A stretch of 64,000 bases of DNA, from contig CM119266.1 in assembly GCA_051294375.1 (NCBI GenBank), positions 25,482,519 to 25,546,518 of the forward strand, given 5' to 3'. Position 1 is the stretch's first letter. Every line of letters begins with the position of its first letter. A program made the translations under genes and the position numbers. Below, in pieces: positions 48,987 through 63,318 of this stretch. Origin of the DNA: Paraspadella gotoi (Eukaryota > Animalia > Chaetognatha). Below the pieces are notes generated by a model that was not told the DNA's origin, ran no database searches, and saw nothing but the letters and a program-made list of their open reading frames with translations.

Positions 48987-49961
48987 CTGAAAATATGCAA
49001 ATAAAACCTCTTTTTTCTTCGCTCTCCTTGACCGACTTTCGTCAAAAGAGGTCGCTTTTTCATTTTCACTGTTTTTTACTTCTTTTCTCTTTCATTTTAT
49101 TGAGTTTTTTTTTTTTCAATTCTTTTCTCTCTTTCGTAAGAATTAAAGAAATAATTCTCGAGGATAAAAGAAGGAACAGCGCGTAAACCAGTTAAGTTTA
49201 AACCGCGCACGGGCCTTGAATGGATGGAGTCACTTTCTTTTTTTTAAAAAAAATTCTCGCGTCATTTTTTTTTCTCGTTCAGGTTTTTTTCCCCATTTTT
49301 TTCTCAGTTTCTTTAAATGTTGGCTAGGGGAACAATCTTCGAGGACTCGCGCATACATTTTCTTTAGCACTTTCCTCTGTTTTTCTCCGTTTTAATTTTT
49401 TCTCTGAGAACTAAAGTTATATTTTTTGAACGAATCAATTACTTTTTTTAAGGTCTGCTGATCTGTCTGTCTCATTTAAGTTTTAAATAGTTGTTGTTGT
49501 TGTATTTTTGCTAAACGAAGGATACATTTCTTTTAACTTTAAAATTTATTCCTCACGTAAATTTTTAAAAATTTAGAAAAATATTTCCTTCGAACTCCGT
49601 TACGAGCTTCTACATTGTCACTAATGTCGACATCGTTAAAACCGATTGCCTATGAGTTTCCTTTCTTTTTTCAACCTTTTTCTTCCATTTCGTGACTTTT
49701 CTACTCACTTTTTTCCGCTGGTTACTTCGCGTGGCGTTGGAGTTCATGTCGGGACAATGATTTCGGCGACGATGACGACGACGACGATGGTGACGACAAA
49801 GACAAAGTGGGTGGAGAAGCTAAAGCGACGATCTTCGAGTAAGTCGTCGATTTAAAACTCGGATTTCTCGCGCCGAAACACGAGCCACGTGGGGGTTCCG
49901 TGCGAATGAGTTTTCGATTTCCGATTTGAGGAGAGAGAGAAGAAGGAGAGAGAGGAGAGAG

Positions 49962-50022
<61 letters not shown>

Positions 50023-50465
50023 AGAAAGGAAAGGAAAGACGCGTTGCCTTTATTGGAGGCCTGGATCGAATAGGCTTCGAAGTCGGCGTTTTAAAATCGG
50101 ATAGAACTCGGATATGATTCGTTTCGTGAAAAAAAAAAACAGAGAAAAAAAAACAACAACAAAAACTTTAAATCTGTTTAAATTTAATTTTAGTAGATCT
50201 AATAACAAAAATCACATTTGCACACCCCCCTTTAATTGTATTCGTTATGATTAAACTATATACACTTCCTTGGCATTCTATGGAGTATGGAACCATGAAT
50301 TGCCATCTGAGACGCAACCTCGAATCTCTCTCCCCGTTTTTTTTATTTAATCCTTAGCAACAGACTCTGCTACATCAGTCTGCCGGTCGCGACAAAGGAG
50401 TAAAAAAGAGTATTTGCATATTGAAGAGATTTTATTTATTATGCAGGAGGACGCCGGAGTGTAAG

Positions 50466-50500
<35 letters not shown>

Positions 50501-50843
50501 CCGAGAGAGAGACGAGATGGAGAGAGATGGAGAGAGAGAGAGAGATGCCACTGGGTGCCTATAAAAAAGGAATTGCAGGTGGACGAAACTGAGCGACGGA
50601 GAGACAAAGCCTGTCTGCAAAATATGCGCTCACAAACGGTCGCAAATTGCATGAAGTGAGAAAAGAGAAATGAGCTCAGTGACCATTTTAAATTTCTTTT
50701 CAATCCCTTTTTGCAAGGAGACGAAATCACTTTGAGTGAAGAGAAAAAACGAAAACATTTTTAAACAAACAATTAAGAAAAGCTGCATTGGATTGGAAGG
50801 ACGTTCTGTCGTCGACTGAAGTCGTTTATGCCTAAAGAAACAT

Positions 50844-50942
<99 letters not shown>

Positions 50943-51458
50943 GGAAGTGAAAAAAAAACTATAAAAACCCCGAAAGAATTTTGGAATGGGTGTACTTGGG
51001 CAACGAGGGGAAAAGAAGAGAGAAGCTGATTGTGCGAAAAAACTGTTTCCTTGGAGACGGCGCGACGCTTCGGTGCCGAGGACGCATTTTCCTCGAAAAT
51101 TCTATTTTTGTCAAATCTTTAAAAAACAGAAGGAATTTAATTTTCTTTCTTTGCCATAGTTAAAGCTTTTAGACACATCTTTGTTAAAATAAAATTTAAA
51201 TAAAAATCATTAAAAAAAAAACCAATCGAGCGAAACTGATCTTTTATGGAGGCGGCCATTTTGTTTTGACCTTTTTTTTCAGTCGAGTCCTCCCTTTAAA
51301 CGAATTCGAGGCTCGACTCTCGAGGGTCACGACGTCGGAAATTCCATTTCCTTTCGCCGCTTGGAAATAAACATTCCAACGCCATTCATCTTTCCTCGCC
51401 TTCATTCCGTTTCCTAGGCTTTCTTTTTTTTATTTCTTAACTTCTCTCTTTCTTTTTT

Positions 51459-51551
<93 letters not shown>

Positions 51552-51716
51552 TTTTCATTGACCATAAAACCTTTCCTTATTTTTCCCTCGATTGCACCTT
51601 TCTTTCTTATGTAGTCGTTTCCTTCTTAATCTTCCAACATTCTCCCCTGGCCCTTCTGTTCGTCCCATCGTCCTTTCTTCAGTGAAATCTGCTAGTTCCC
51701 TTTCTTTTACTTACCT

Positions 51717-51769
<53 letters not shown>

Positions 51770-52125
51770 CTCTCTCGCTCCCTCTCTCCTACGGTATTTC
51801 ACCGTAACCCTCAACCCAAGAACTTCTCTCTCTTTCTTTCAACTCAACTTAAACCATTTCACTTCCTCCGTACTTTTTACTCAGTCCTCCTTTTTTCCAC
51901 CCTCTTCTCTCTCCCTCTCTATCCTCTTCTCTCTCCCTCTCTATCCTCTCCTCTCCCTCACTTCCCGCCCATAACTCCCTCACCTCCTCCTCGCCCCCGG
52001 ATCAGAGGCGAATCCCGACCGGGGAGACCGTAATTTCCGGGTCACGGCAGATGAAGAAGAAGAGGAGGATGAGAAGGGGGAAAAATCGAAGTTCGCCGGA
52101 GACGCATTCTGGGTGAGAGAGAGAG

Positions 52126-52186
<61 letters not shown>

Positions 52187-54178
52187 TTCTTTGTCCGTGG
52201 CGTCGAGCGAATAACGATTCGTCTCACGATTCCGATCCTTAAAGTTCTCCCGTTATCCTCGAGTCCTCGAATCTCCGAATTCCGTTCTCCTCATGAGCCA
52301 TGACCTCGGTTCCCCAGGAGACAATAAATTCCACTGCTTTCGTCCAAAGGAGTTTTATGAATTCGAAGATTCACGATCTCTCATTAAAACGCTAAACGCA
52401 GTGTCGAAACTCGTTTCGTTCTACTGTTTTTATTTCTATGTTTCTGTTTTTCTCTTCTACGAGAAAACAAATCCTTTGACAAGTTTAATCGAGTCACTAA
52501 ATCCTTTGACGCCTCCCTTCCATTTCCAATCCATAAATCCGACGACGATTCCTCCCTCGTCCCTAAATCCCACCCGTCCCTCTCTCCACCAGAGACGCCC
52601 TCTATGAAATCGCAGCAGTCGACCTCTAGCGGTCGGCGTGACATCGAACGCGAGGAATCCTCGTCACGAAAACAGAGTTCGCTCTTTCCTTCTTCTTCTG
52701 ACGCCGTCGACTTAGTCAACAACAACAACGACATCAACTTTCACAATAACGACGCCGATGACGCCTCGTGGGTCCGGCGTCGCCAATCGACCGGCGTCGC
52801 TTCGTCGAGCCCGATGAAGATCGTAAAAGGTTCGGTTGTTGTCGTTGTTATTATCTCGGTCGACTGACCAAGCCGATTGATTGGCGACCGAAATACAGCG
52901 CGACCTTTTCATTTCGTGCTAATGGCGTCCGACCGACCGACCGTCCGTCCGCCCGTGTGCCAGTCGGTCCATCCATTCCTCCCTCCGAGTTCTCAGTAAA
53001 TGGTGGGCAATTTTTCTCCTTCACCGTTTTACTACGGATTCTTTTCATCTGCTCAAGACGCCCTGTTTGTTATATTTCTTAACATTTCTTTCTTGTTGTT
53101 CTTAGGTTTGTTTTTCTTGTTTTTCGAGTTGTTCTTTTGCTTGTTCATCTTGTTCCGCTTCTCGTTTTTCATTTTTTCACTTTCTCTTTTTCTTTACTCT
53201 CAAGCTCCTTCCTCTCGCCGTTTTAATATTAAATCGCGATTTCATTCAACACAAGTTCTCAGAAAGCGAGTCGCTTCGGACGAGTTGAATTACGAGCTGT
53301 TGCGAACCCGACTTGGCCCCGTTCGCCAGGTCAGCCGTTGTCCTGTTCCTCTCATCGCCTATTTCTCTTTTTTAATATTTCATGTTCTAACTTTACGTAC
53401 AGTGTCACCATGATCAACTCTCTCCTCTATTAAAGCATTTCTATCGCCCCCTTCCTTTGACTTCCCTTTTCCGTATTCCCTTCCTCTTCTTCCTTTGACC
53501 TCCTTTTCTATCTTCTCACTCACGACAATTTAACAACAACGAGGTCGAAAAAGTCGGGCAATGTCGGTGACGTGTCCGGCAATGTCGACGAGTGCGGCCC
53601 GACGCGAAGGAAAACGGATGCATCAACGATATCTGCTTAAGGCGGAGAGCGTCGATTTACCGACAGCGAGGTGGAATTAGCCGCCAGGTCGGCTTGTCCC
53701 CCCCGGCAGACGTCCAGTCGACGACCGTTAACTTTGAAGAGGGAGCCGGGGATTCTTTCTTCAACGAAGTCGACGGCTCTCACTATGACTGTGAGTACGA
53801 CAGCCGAAGACAACATCAACAATATCGGCCAGAAAGACTTATTAAGCCTAAGGTCGTCATGCTCATTTGCGGCAGAAGCAAAGGAAAAAGACTGATTTAA
53901 AAAAAATAAGCAAAAATAAAAATAGAAATAAAATGGCATGATATGCAAATGTGGTCTATGAAAGCGAAAAATCATTCGCGAAAAACCAAAAATCAATCTA
54001 CTCCACAAAAACTGAAAAAATGTAATGTTGACCACTCCTCCACCCCTTTCTTTCCCACCCTTTATTTACCACCCCACCCCCAACCATCGTCCGTCGAACA
54101 TTTGACTGCCCATAATCTTCCTCTTCCTTCGTCTCAGAATCTGTCACCGCTTCACGTTTTTCTTTCGCAATAAAAGTG

Positions 54179-54255
<77 letters not shown>

Positions 54256-54781
54256 CTTCTTTTTTTTTTTTTTTTTTCTCGGGAAGTCGTCTTGTCGTTT
54301 TCTTCGTCTTGCGCGTTAGAATTCGTCAACGTTATCGTTTTCGTCACTCGTCCACGTTACGCTTTTTATCGTAGTCTTTGTCATCGTCTTTGTGGTTGTC
54401 ATTGTCGTCGTTATTGAAGCTTCTTTGTAACAGCATCTTCGACGTCTTTGTCTTTGTCTTTCCGGTTATAACATTGTCGTCTTCTTTGTCAACTTCGTTT
54501 TTGTCCTTAAAGTTTCGCCGTCTATTATTACACTCTTGTCTTCGCTGATCCACTGGTCAACAGTTTTGGCCGGAGACTCATACCATGATATATATATCTC
54601 TCTCTCTCTCTCTTCTCTCTCTCTCTTGCTTTCTCTCTGGACGTTTCGTATTATCCCTTTTCCTTATAAATAGTGTTTATACTCTCGTATGTCGTCAATT
54701 TTAATGACGTTAATAAAATAATTTAATGTCTCTTCATCATCTTCATCGTTATGGTTTTGGCCGAGTCGTCGTCATCGGGTT

Positions 54782-54816
<35 letters not shown>

Positions 54817-55178
54817 ATTCGGCTTCGTTTACATTCAAAATTGTTATTTGATTTTCTTTTCCTAAAATTTCCTGAAGTACTTTTCCAACCTTTTTCTTTT
54901 CGGAATGCGGACATCTGAGTTCAAAAAAAGAGAGAAAGAGAGAGAGAGAGAGAATAGATAGTTTTACAGCATTTTTGCTCAGACAGCATTGGAATCTTTT
55001 TCCATTTTTTGTTTTTCGTGACCCGGATGTAAGTCACTTCTTATTGACTTTCAACTCCGGATATTATTGTCTTCCACCGAGTCTCCCCTTCCGTCTTCCT
55101 TTTCCGTTTTATCTCTCCGTAATCCCATTTCGACAGAAAAACCGGAGACTTCGCTTTGCATCGAGAAAAAACAAGGAT

Positions 55179-55244
<66 letters not shown>

Positions 55245-55629
55245 CAAAGTGGCGACTTCGAGTCCAGCAAATTACTTTTCGCTTTTATATTTCGCCGTCA
55301 ACTCAAGCGGATTCTCTCTCAGTGAAGAGAAACTATGAGAGAGAGAGAGACTATGCTCGACTCGCGTTTGTTTACTTTTTAGCGACATAAGCAAAATCGT
55401 AAAATCTTAACGACTTGTTGTCTACAGGACGTTTCATTACATGTTTAGATGGAGCGAGTTAAAATTAAAACTTAAGTTTTAAATTAAAGTTTAAACTTCG
55501 TATTTTACAATAATAAATATATTAATATCAATTATTATTGTGACCTTTGAAGAAAACTGACTCCTTACAATTTAAGGAATACAGAATTTTAAAAATATGG
55601 TGAGTCGTCTCAATTTTAAAATAAATATT

Positions 55630-55819
55630 ATAGAAAACGTTTTTAGATTGATCAAACAACGATTTTTATTAATATGAGACGGACATGTTTCGGCTTTAGT
55701 TTCTACAAGCCTTCATCGGCGTCAGAGATAAACATGTCCGTCTCATATTAATAAAAATCGTTGTTTGATCAATCTAAAAACGTTTTCTATCATCCAAACA
55801 CAACGAAACGAAAGGAAAT
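55630..55819. mobile_element. Perfect 61-bp inverted repeat enclosing a hammerhead motif (Penelope pLTR-like remnant)
   Basis: Arms 55630-55690 and 55730-55790 are exact reverse complements with a 39-nt loop. Minus strand 55723-55678 reads gacg-CCGAUGA-A-GGCUU-g-UAG-aaa-CUA-AAGCC-GAAA-CAUG-UC-cguc. Confidence 0.75.
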
Positions 55820-58038
55820 AACGATGTCTAAAATAAATATTTAATTTAATAACCAATGTTTAAGTGCCTGAAGATATTACTATGGCGGTCGCAGGATTGT
55901 GCCCACATAAAATACACTTTTACCATCTTCCAACCAAAACTCCCTTTATAGCGTTCAACGCTTTTCATTAGCCATCTCAACTCAACTAACCCGACCCTTA
56001 CCCCAGTACCCCTACCCCACCACCACCGCCGCACCTTTCATCGTTTAACCCTCGCCTACCGTCTGTGTTGGCGCTGGTCCGAACGAGGAGGGGGGGCGTC
56101 GGCGTCGTTAACGGCGCCGTTTCGGCCACGCCCACTCTCAGAGAGATAGAGACAGAGATAGAGGCGCTGGAGACGTTCTCAAGACTCCCACCCGCGGACT
56201 ACGAGGCGGGCTTTTCAATCGCGTCGGACAACGGGCGATTTTTTGGGGGCGAAGAAGACCGTTGGCGTTTGCCCGCTCTTTTTGTTCAGGTCGGGCGGAT
56301 AAACGGGCGGATCGACGGGCGGAGCAAGATCGAGGCTAATTCTTCGTTCAAACGATACACTAGAGAGACGGAGGCTGCTGGCTTCCCTGCCCTTCTCTCT
56401 CATTTCTACCTTTCTTCCTTCAAAAATCCCTTTCTTATATAAGGGACTTTAATCGTCTGCCGAGATTACGGCGTGAATCCGGCCTAGAACGTTAGACTTC
56501 TCGGCCACACGCCGCGTCCTTGACATCGCTTCGGCGTCCTCGTTATATTTCGTGTCCATATCTGACGCTAATCTTTCGAACGAAGGTTTTGACCGACTTC
56601 AGCGCTCTTAACGAAAATTAGCAACACGTCGTTGATTTTTCGAAACCAAGGAAAAACTCTTTTATTTTTTTTAAATATACCAGCTCGAAGATATACAAAT
56701 GAACATTTTATAACAAGACCTCGAAATATTAAAAACCCACAAATTAAGAAAGTTTAAATATTTAAAGTTATACGGTCGCTTGGTTCAGAGCATTGTCCAT
56801 CAGCAAGCAACAGAAACAACAACAACGACGACGACAACAACAACGGATAATCCCTTCTATTGTAATCAAGCGATTGACGATTGACGTCGTCATCGTCGTC
56901 GCGCCGGTTTCCATCGCGTCCCGGCGCCGGTTTCCATCGCGTCCCGGCGCCGGATCGATGATCGATCTTTCGGTGACGGCGACGATTCCAATGGTGATGA
57001 TGATGATGATGATTCGATGGTGATCGATTCTAGTTTTTTTTTCTCTCTCGCGCGCGCGTCGAACTAATTAATCATTCGTGAACGCGACAGAATTTCGGGT
57101 CGCAGAAAGTTTTTTCGTCGAATTCGTTCGTTCATTCGTGTTCATGTGTCCCGAACAAATATTAATTTACTGCAGAAACTTTACTGGACTCTGATTAAAC
57201 TATATTTACTGTAGAAACAACTTAATATCTCATTGTCTTGAATTCTTATCAGCCGAGACCCAATAAAAAATCCCCTCCCTTCTTTCGGTCCCGATTGCAT
57301 GAGCATCCGCCTTCATCTCGAGATCCCCAAAGGCCAATTCTTCCTCTCCTGATTGCATTGCATTCACTCTTGCTAATTCTGCTCGTCACCAATAGATTTT
57401 GATGACGAAGATCAAAGGCGAAGAAGCAAAAGGCGACGAAAGAGGACGAAGAGGAGAAGTGGCGCGAAGTCGGGCGTAGAAAATAGAATGATAGAAATGC
57501 GGCAAAAGTGTGGCAAAAATAACATGGCTGAATAGTCATTGTATTTTTTCTCTCTTTTCGTTGCGAGTTTGAATAGTCAAAATCGGTATAAAAAGAAAAT
57601 GGACCTGAGGCGATGAATCGGGATAAGGCGCCAAGTGCAGCTATAGGCCAGGAACTGTAGGGCAGGTACTTGCTTGGGATTGAACAGAGTAACTTAAGGT
57701 CATGAGCTGATGGGTTTTAGTCAATGAGCCACCGATAAGGACTAAGGGAGAGACGATTAATTGCGATTAAAAGTTAAAAAAAAAACATCACACACACACA
57801 CAAAAATATTAAAAAAGAGAGCGATGACTAAAATGACAAAATATGTCAGATGGAACGCCAGCCGTCAGGGGGACCCGGATGACAGATGACGGGAATCCGT
57901 GTCGCTTGATGGAGATTCTGTCTCATTAAGGAAGTCGCGACGAGCGGGTTTACGACTGGGCTGAGAAAGAGAGCGAGAGAAGCGAGCCGAAGAGAGAGAG
58001 AGAGGAGATCGAGAGAGAGAGAGAGAGAGAGGAGAGAG

Positions 58039-58096
<58 letters not shown>

Positions 58097-58967
58097 AAGA
58101 ATAATGAAGAGAAGCCAAAGAAAAAGAAACCAAAACAAATAAAAAAAGGAAAAGATTCAAGACTCAACTTTTTTTGTGGAGAAGAAAAAAAGTTTTTTTT
58201 TCGACTGTGTCGTATCGTTAACAAAAAAACAACGCCAAGAGCAGGTTTTATTTAAAAAAAAATTAACATCGTCAACATTGCCACAATCGTCATTATTATT
58301 GTGGAAAGTTATCATATTCAAAAATCGTCATCGTCGTTTTCATCGCCGTTAACGTTATCAGTATCAAGTCATCATAATTTTCATTCTCATTCTCATTCTT
58401 CAATAAAAATCCAGGCTCTCTATTATATTTTTTGTCTTCGTAGCGACGTCACCATCGTCGTCTTTATCATCGTCGTCGTCGTTGTTATTCCACCCAATCT
58501 GAGACCTCGAGGTTTCGTACAATGCAATATGCATCGGTCGTCGTCGCAATTGTCGTCGTCGTCGTCGTCGTCGTCTTGGTCGTCGTCAGCGTCGTCTCCG
58601 TCGTCGCCATATAATCATTCTCCTTAAATCGTTTTCGTCTGCTGTCCTCGACACCGTTGCGATTGTTCCGCTGTTGTTGTTGTTGCCGCGCCTCCGCTAC
58701 GTATTATACGTATTTAGATAATTAGAATTATTTTCTGAAATATTTTTAAAAATTAATTTTAAATTGACCGACTGACTAAAAAAACCGAACACGCAATGAG
58801 ATCGACGAATCTGGAATAGAAAGGCGAACAAAGGGCGACGATCGTCCTTCAACGAAAGGCGATCGCCTCTCAAACGGTCGGAATCCGATTGGCGGTCTCC
58901 AATGGCAACGCGAGAACACAATGGGGAAGTGTGAAGTCGAGATTGGAAGAGTTGTGGAGTTGAATTG

Positions 58968-60887
58968 NNNNNNNNNNNNNNNNNNNNNNNNNAAGAGAGA
59001 GATTCAAAAAAGCTAATCACGACGACGACGACGAACGACGGACGACGACATCGAACGATTCAACCATCTCTCTAAGTCACGAACGCATCCGAGATTCACC
59101 AGAAAGAGACAACCAAACATCTATCTATGTTATAATCACGAGTAATTAATTAATTTACTCGGAGTCATATCAAAGATCCACCAGGTAGAATTGCCAATAA
59201 TGCTTCATCCTTGTTCGCAGCTCTCGCGTCTCTCTCTCTCTTCTCGATCTCTCTCACTCATCTCTCTCTCTTCTCTCTCACTCCCTCTCTCCTCATCTCT
59301 CTCTCCCTCCTCTCACCTCTCTCTCCTCTCTCTCTCTCCTGTCTGCCTCTCTCATCCTCTCATCCCTCCTCTCTTACATCTTTGTCACCTTTCCCTCCCG
59401 CCCCTCTCTCTTTTTCTCTTCGCTCTCCTCGTCTCTCATCGATCTCATCTCTCTCCCTCTCTCTCTCTATCTCTCCATCTCTGCTCCTCTCTGTCTCTCT
59501 TCTCTCTCCTCTCCTCGAGGCCTCTCCCGTCTCTCGGATCTCTCCGTCTAGGGGGAGACTGAGGCCCTTTTTATTTTCAACACGCAGAAGATTGTCACCG
59601 ATCTACCCTCACCGTCTCCCTCGTCTGCGACTCCTCTCTCTCTCTCGCTCTTCAGATCCAGTCTCTCACTCTCATCTCTCTCTACATCTCGCGCTCCTTC
59701 TCTCCGTGGATACATTCCGCGTATACCACGCACGTGCTCATTGTCTCCCTCTCTCGCGTGCTCCATCCGTCCGTCTCTCTCTTCCTCTTAATCATTCGTC
59801 TCTTTCTCTGGCCATTCATGCCCTCAGAAAGAAAGAAAGAGCAAAACAAAGGTAAAGAAAATTAAATTTAAAAAAAAAGAAGAAATTTTCAATCGTCGAC
59901 GCCGACGTCTCTATGAAAAAAAAGCAAGAAAATCAGATTTTCATCTTGAGTGATTTTTTTTCTGTGAAATTGTGAAATCCTGCGCTTTCGCGCCTTTTCC
60001 TACAAAATGCAACATTCGAAAAAAATATAAAGAAAAAAGAAAAAGAGCGATTTTCCGGAAAGGGATTTTTGCTCTCTCGCGTTTGAAAACAGGGCCAACC
60101 TGTTGGCCCAACAGGTTAATTTTTTGACGAAATTCAGTCAATTTTAAAGGAAGAAAAGAGAGGTTTCTATTAAAATTAAATTTTTTGGTAAGTAGCAAAG
60201 AAGAAGTCAAGGAAATACCCCCGGATTTAATAAACAAATACTTTCTTCAATTTTTTAAAAAAATAGTAGAGAAGAAAAATACCAATAAAACTCTAATTCA
60301 TGGAATACCAAAAAAAAAAAAAAAATGTTTCGATAACAAAGTTTCTCCTCTTCGCGATACAGCTCTCCACCAAAACCACCAATGGTACCCCCAACCACCT
60401 CACACCTAAACCCCCCCATCTCGAGGGGGAAGAAGACGTTTATCTTTCTCGCCCCATTGTTTCCAATTTCGTTTCTCTCTCCCGCCGCCAGGATTCCATT
60501 TGCATACGTTTATGCGACGGGGAATCGCGCGCGCGAGTGGCGACGGCGGATAANNNNNNNNNNNNNNNNNNNNNNNNNNNNNNNNNNNNNNNNNNNNNNN
60601 NNNNNNNNNNNNNNNNNNNNNNNNNNNNNNNNNNNNNNNNNNNNNNNNNNNNNNNNNNNNNNNNNNNNNNNNNNNNNNNNNNNNNNNNNNNNNNNNNNNN
60701 NNNNNNNNNNNNNNNNNNNNNNNNNNNNNNNNNNNNNNNNNNNNNNNNNNNNNNNNNNNNNNNNNNNNNNNNNNNNNNNNNNNNNNNNNNNNNNNNNNNN
60801 NNNNNNNNNNNNNNNNNNNNNNNNNNNNNNNNNNNNNNNNNNNNNNNNNNNNNNNNNNNNNNNNNNNNNNNNNNNNNNNNNNNNNNN

Positions 60888-60923
<36 letters not shown>

Positions 60924-63318
60924 GTTGCAATCGTGTCTGTGGAGGCAGCCGTGGTGAGAGTAGAGGTTGAGGCAACTACTGTCTTTCTTGCGGCGGATGT
61001 GGTTAAATTTGAGGCGCGTTGCGGGGAGCAGTTGTGGTTCCAGTGACGGAGAGAGTGAGAAAAGTGGAGGGTGAGGAAGTTGTGAGGTGATAAGGAAAAG
61101 TTTTATCGGATCCTAAGGGAATCCAGATTTTGCTCGGCTGAGAAAAAAAAAATCCGCGAAAAGAAATTTAATTGGGGGAAAAAAGAAGAAAAAAGGAAAA
61201 AATGAAGGGGGAAAAAACCCGAAAAAAAGGAACGATTGTAAGAAAATAAGGAAGTACTCAATGCTAAAAAGGAGTTGTATAAGATATAAGAATGAAATAA
61301 ATATAAAAGTATATGTATATAAAAGGCAAAAAAAGTTAATTAAGTTAACACGAGTTAAAAGATAAATATCAGCCAAAAATAGATAAAAAAGAGCGGGAGA
61401 GAAAAAAGTGAAAAGAGATTTGTGTCAAAATTCCGGCCAAAGAAAAAACAAACAAACAAACAAAAAGTTAGAAGATAAATGGAATTAGGAGTGATTTAGC
61501 AGGGTGAGTGACGGATGGAGAGAAGGTAAGGAAGGACAAAAAAAGAGACGGGTGAGTTCGAGTGACAGATTCGAGAGACGCGGCGGCAGATTTGGGCGTT
61601 TCCATTTTATTCGCGCCGCGGGAGTCGAAGCGACGCCTCGACGAATTCGACGCTCGGNNNNNNNNNNNNNNNNNNNNNNNNNNNNNNNNNNNNNNNNNNN
61701 NNNNNNNNNNNNNNNNNNNNNNNNNNNNNNNNNNNNNNNNNNNNNNNNNNNNNNNNNNNNNNNNNNNNNNNNNNNNNNNNNNNNNNNNNNNNNNNNNNNN
61801 NNNNNNNNNNNNNNNNNNNNNNNNNNNNNNNNNNNNNNNNNNNNNNNNNNNNNNNNNNNNNNNNNNNNNNNNNNNNNNNNNNNNNNNNNNNNNNNNNNNN
61901 NNNNNNNNNNNNNNNNNNNNNNNNNNNNNNNNNNNNNNNNNNNNNNNNNNNNNNNNNNNNNNNNNNNNNNNNNNNNNNNNNNNNNNNNNNNNNNNNNNNN
62001 NNNNNNNNNNNNNNNNNNNNNNNNNNNNNNNNNNNNNNNNNNNNNNNNNNNNNNNNNNNNNNNNNNNNNNNNNNNNNNNNNNNNNNNNNNNNNNNNNNNN
62101 NNNNNNNNNNNNNNNNNNNNNNNNNNNNNNNNNNNNNNNNNNNNNNNNNNNNNNNNNNNNNNNNNNNNNNNNNNNNNNNNNNNNNNNNNNNNNATCCATA
62201 CGGCTGAGTGATATAGATAACAGCCGTTAGAAATGACGATAAATTCTAAAACAGTTTAATTTGATTATTGGGTTAACTTAAGAATAAAACTTATGTATGA
62301 TGAATTTATGACTGACCTAACAGAACAAACGGGGAAAAGGGCAAAAGTACATTTGCAAAAGTTTGCACGAAAAGTTGCGCTACCACAACGTTTAGTTCCC
62401 CAAAGGGAAAAGGAAAACTTCAACAGTTCAAAGTTCTTCTCCCACAACGTCGACGGAAAAAGTAGCGAGAGGCTGACCTCTCGACCCGGGGAGAGAGAGG
62501 GGAGAGANNNNNNNNNNNNNNNNNNNNNNNNNNNNNNNNNNNNNNNNNNNNNNNNNNNNNNNNNNNNNNNNNNNNNNNNNNNNNNNNNNNNNNNNNNNNN
62601 NNNNNNNNNNNNNNNNNNNNNNNNNNNNNNNNNNNNNNNNNNNNNNNNNNNNNNNNNNNNNNNNNNGTGATCATTAAGCGTCAGAATGAAGAGGACTGAA
62701 TTAAAACGGAGGCGATTGATTGATTGGAATGGTTGGATTAGTTTGATTGATTTGGATAATTTAATGATGTGATCGACGTGATTGATTGATGTACAAATGT
62801 ATTAAATTGATTGTTTTCTCGAATTTTTAACCTAATTTCAGATTTAAAAATTCCAAGTTTGCGTCCTTGACTGAGGGGAAAAAATTTGGTGGCCGACCGC
62901 CTGTCTGAATAAGGTAAGCCGAGATATTTCACGGGGAGTTGGAGCGGGATTACATTAAAACAATTTTAAAAATTCTCGAAGGTAAAAAAAAAAAAAAAAA
63001 AATAATCCAGATAATTCACCCGCGTTACAAGTAGTTTTTCCCCATCTTCTTCAAACCGGCGGGAAAATGACGGGTTTCCTATTTCCTCTCCTTCCTACCC
63101 CCTAACCCGCCCCCCCACCCGGGGCCCCACGGGGGATCGTAATAAAAAAAAAAGGTAAGAGAATATATATCGATTCGAATGATTTTTATTTTCTAGAAAA
63201 AAAAAGTATTAGGCCGAAGATGTTCTTTTTTTTTNNNNNNNNNNNNNNNNNNNNNNNNNNNNNNNNNNNNNNNNNNNNNNNNNNNNNNNNNNNNNNNNNN
63301 NNNNNNNNNNNNNNNNNN
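58968..63318. other. Region containing assembly gaps (N runs 58968-58992, 60554-60887, 61658-62193, 62508-62666, 63235-63318)
   Basis: Direct. Confidence 0.99.

Noticed and set aside
49516-49525. GTATCCTTC on the minus strand, resembling a U12 donor
   Set aside because: No adjoining exon and no TCCTTAAC branch point before the next acceptor.
56902-56953. 23-bp tandem duplication CGCCGGTTTCCATCGCGTCCCGG
   Set aside because: Only two copies; ordinary slippage.
59191-59855. Ser/Leu-rich ORFs, and the many RERE, SLSL, poly-Y and poly-X ORFs elsewhere
   Set aside because: Translations of CT, GA or AAT microsatellites and N gaps.
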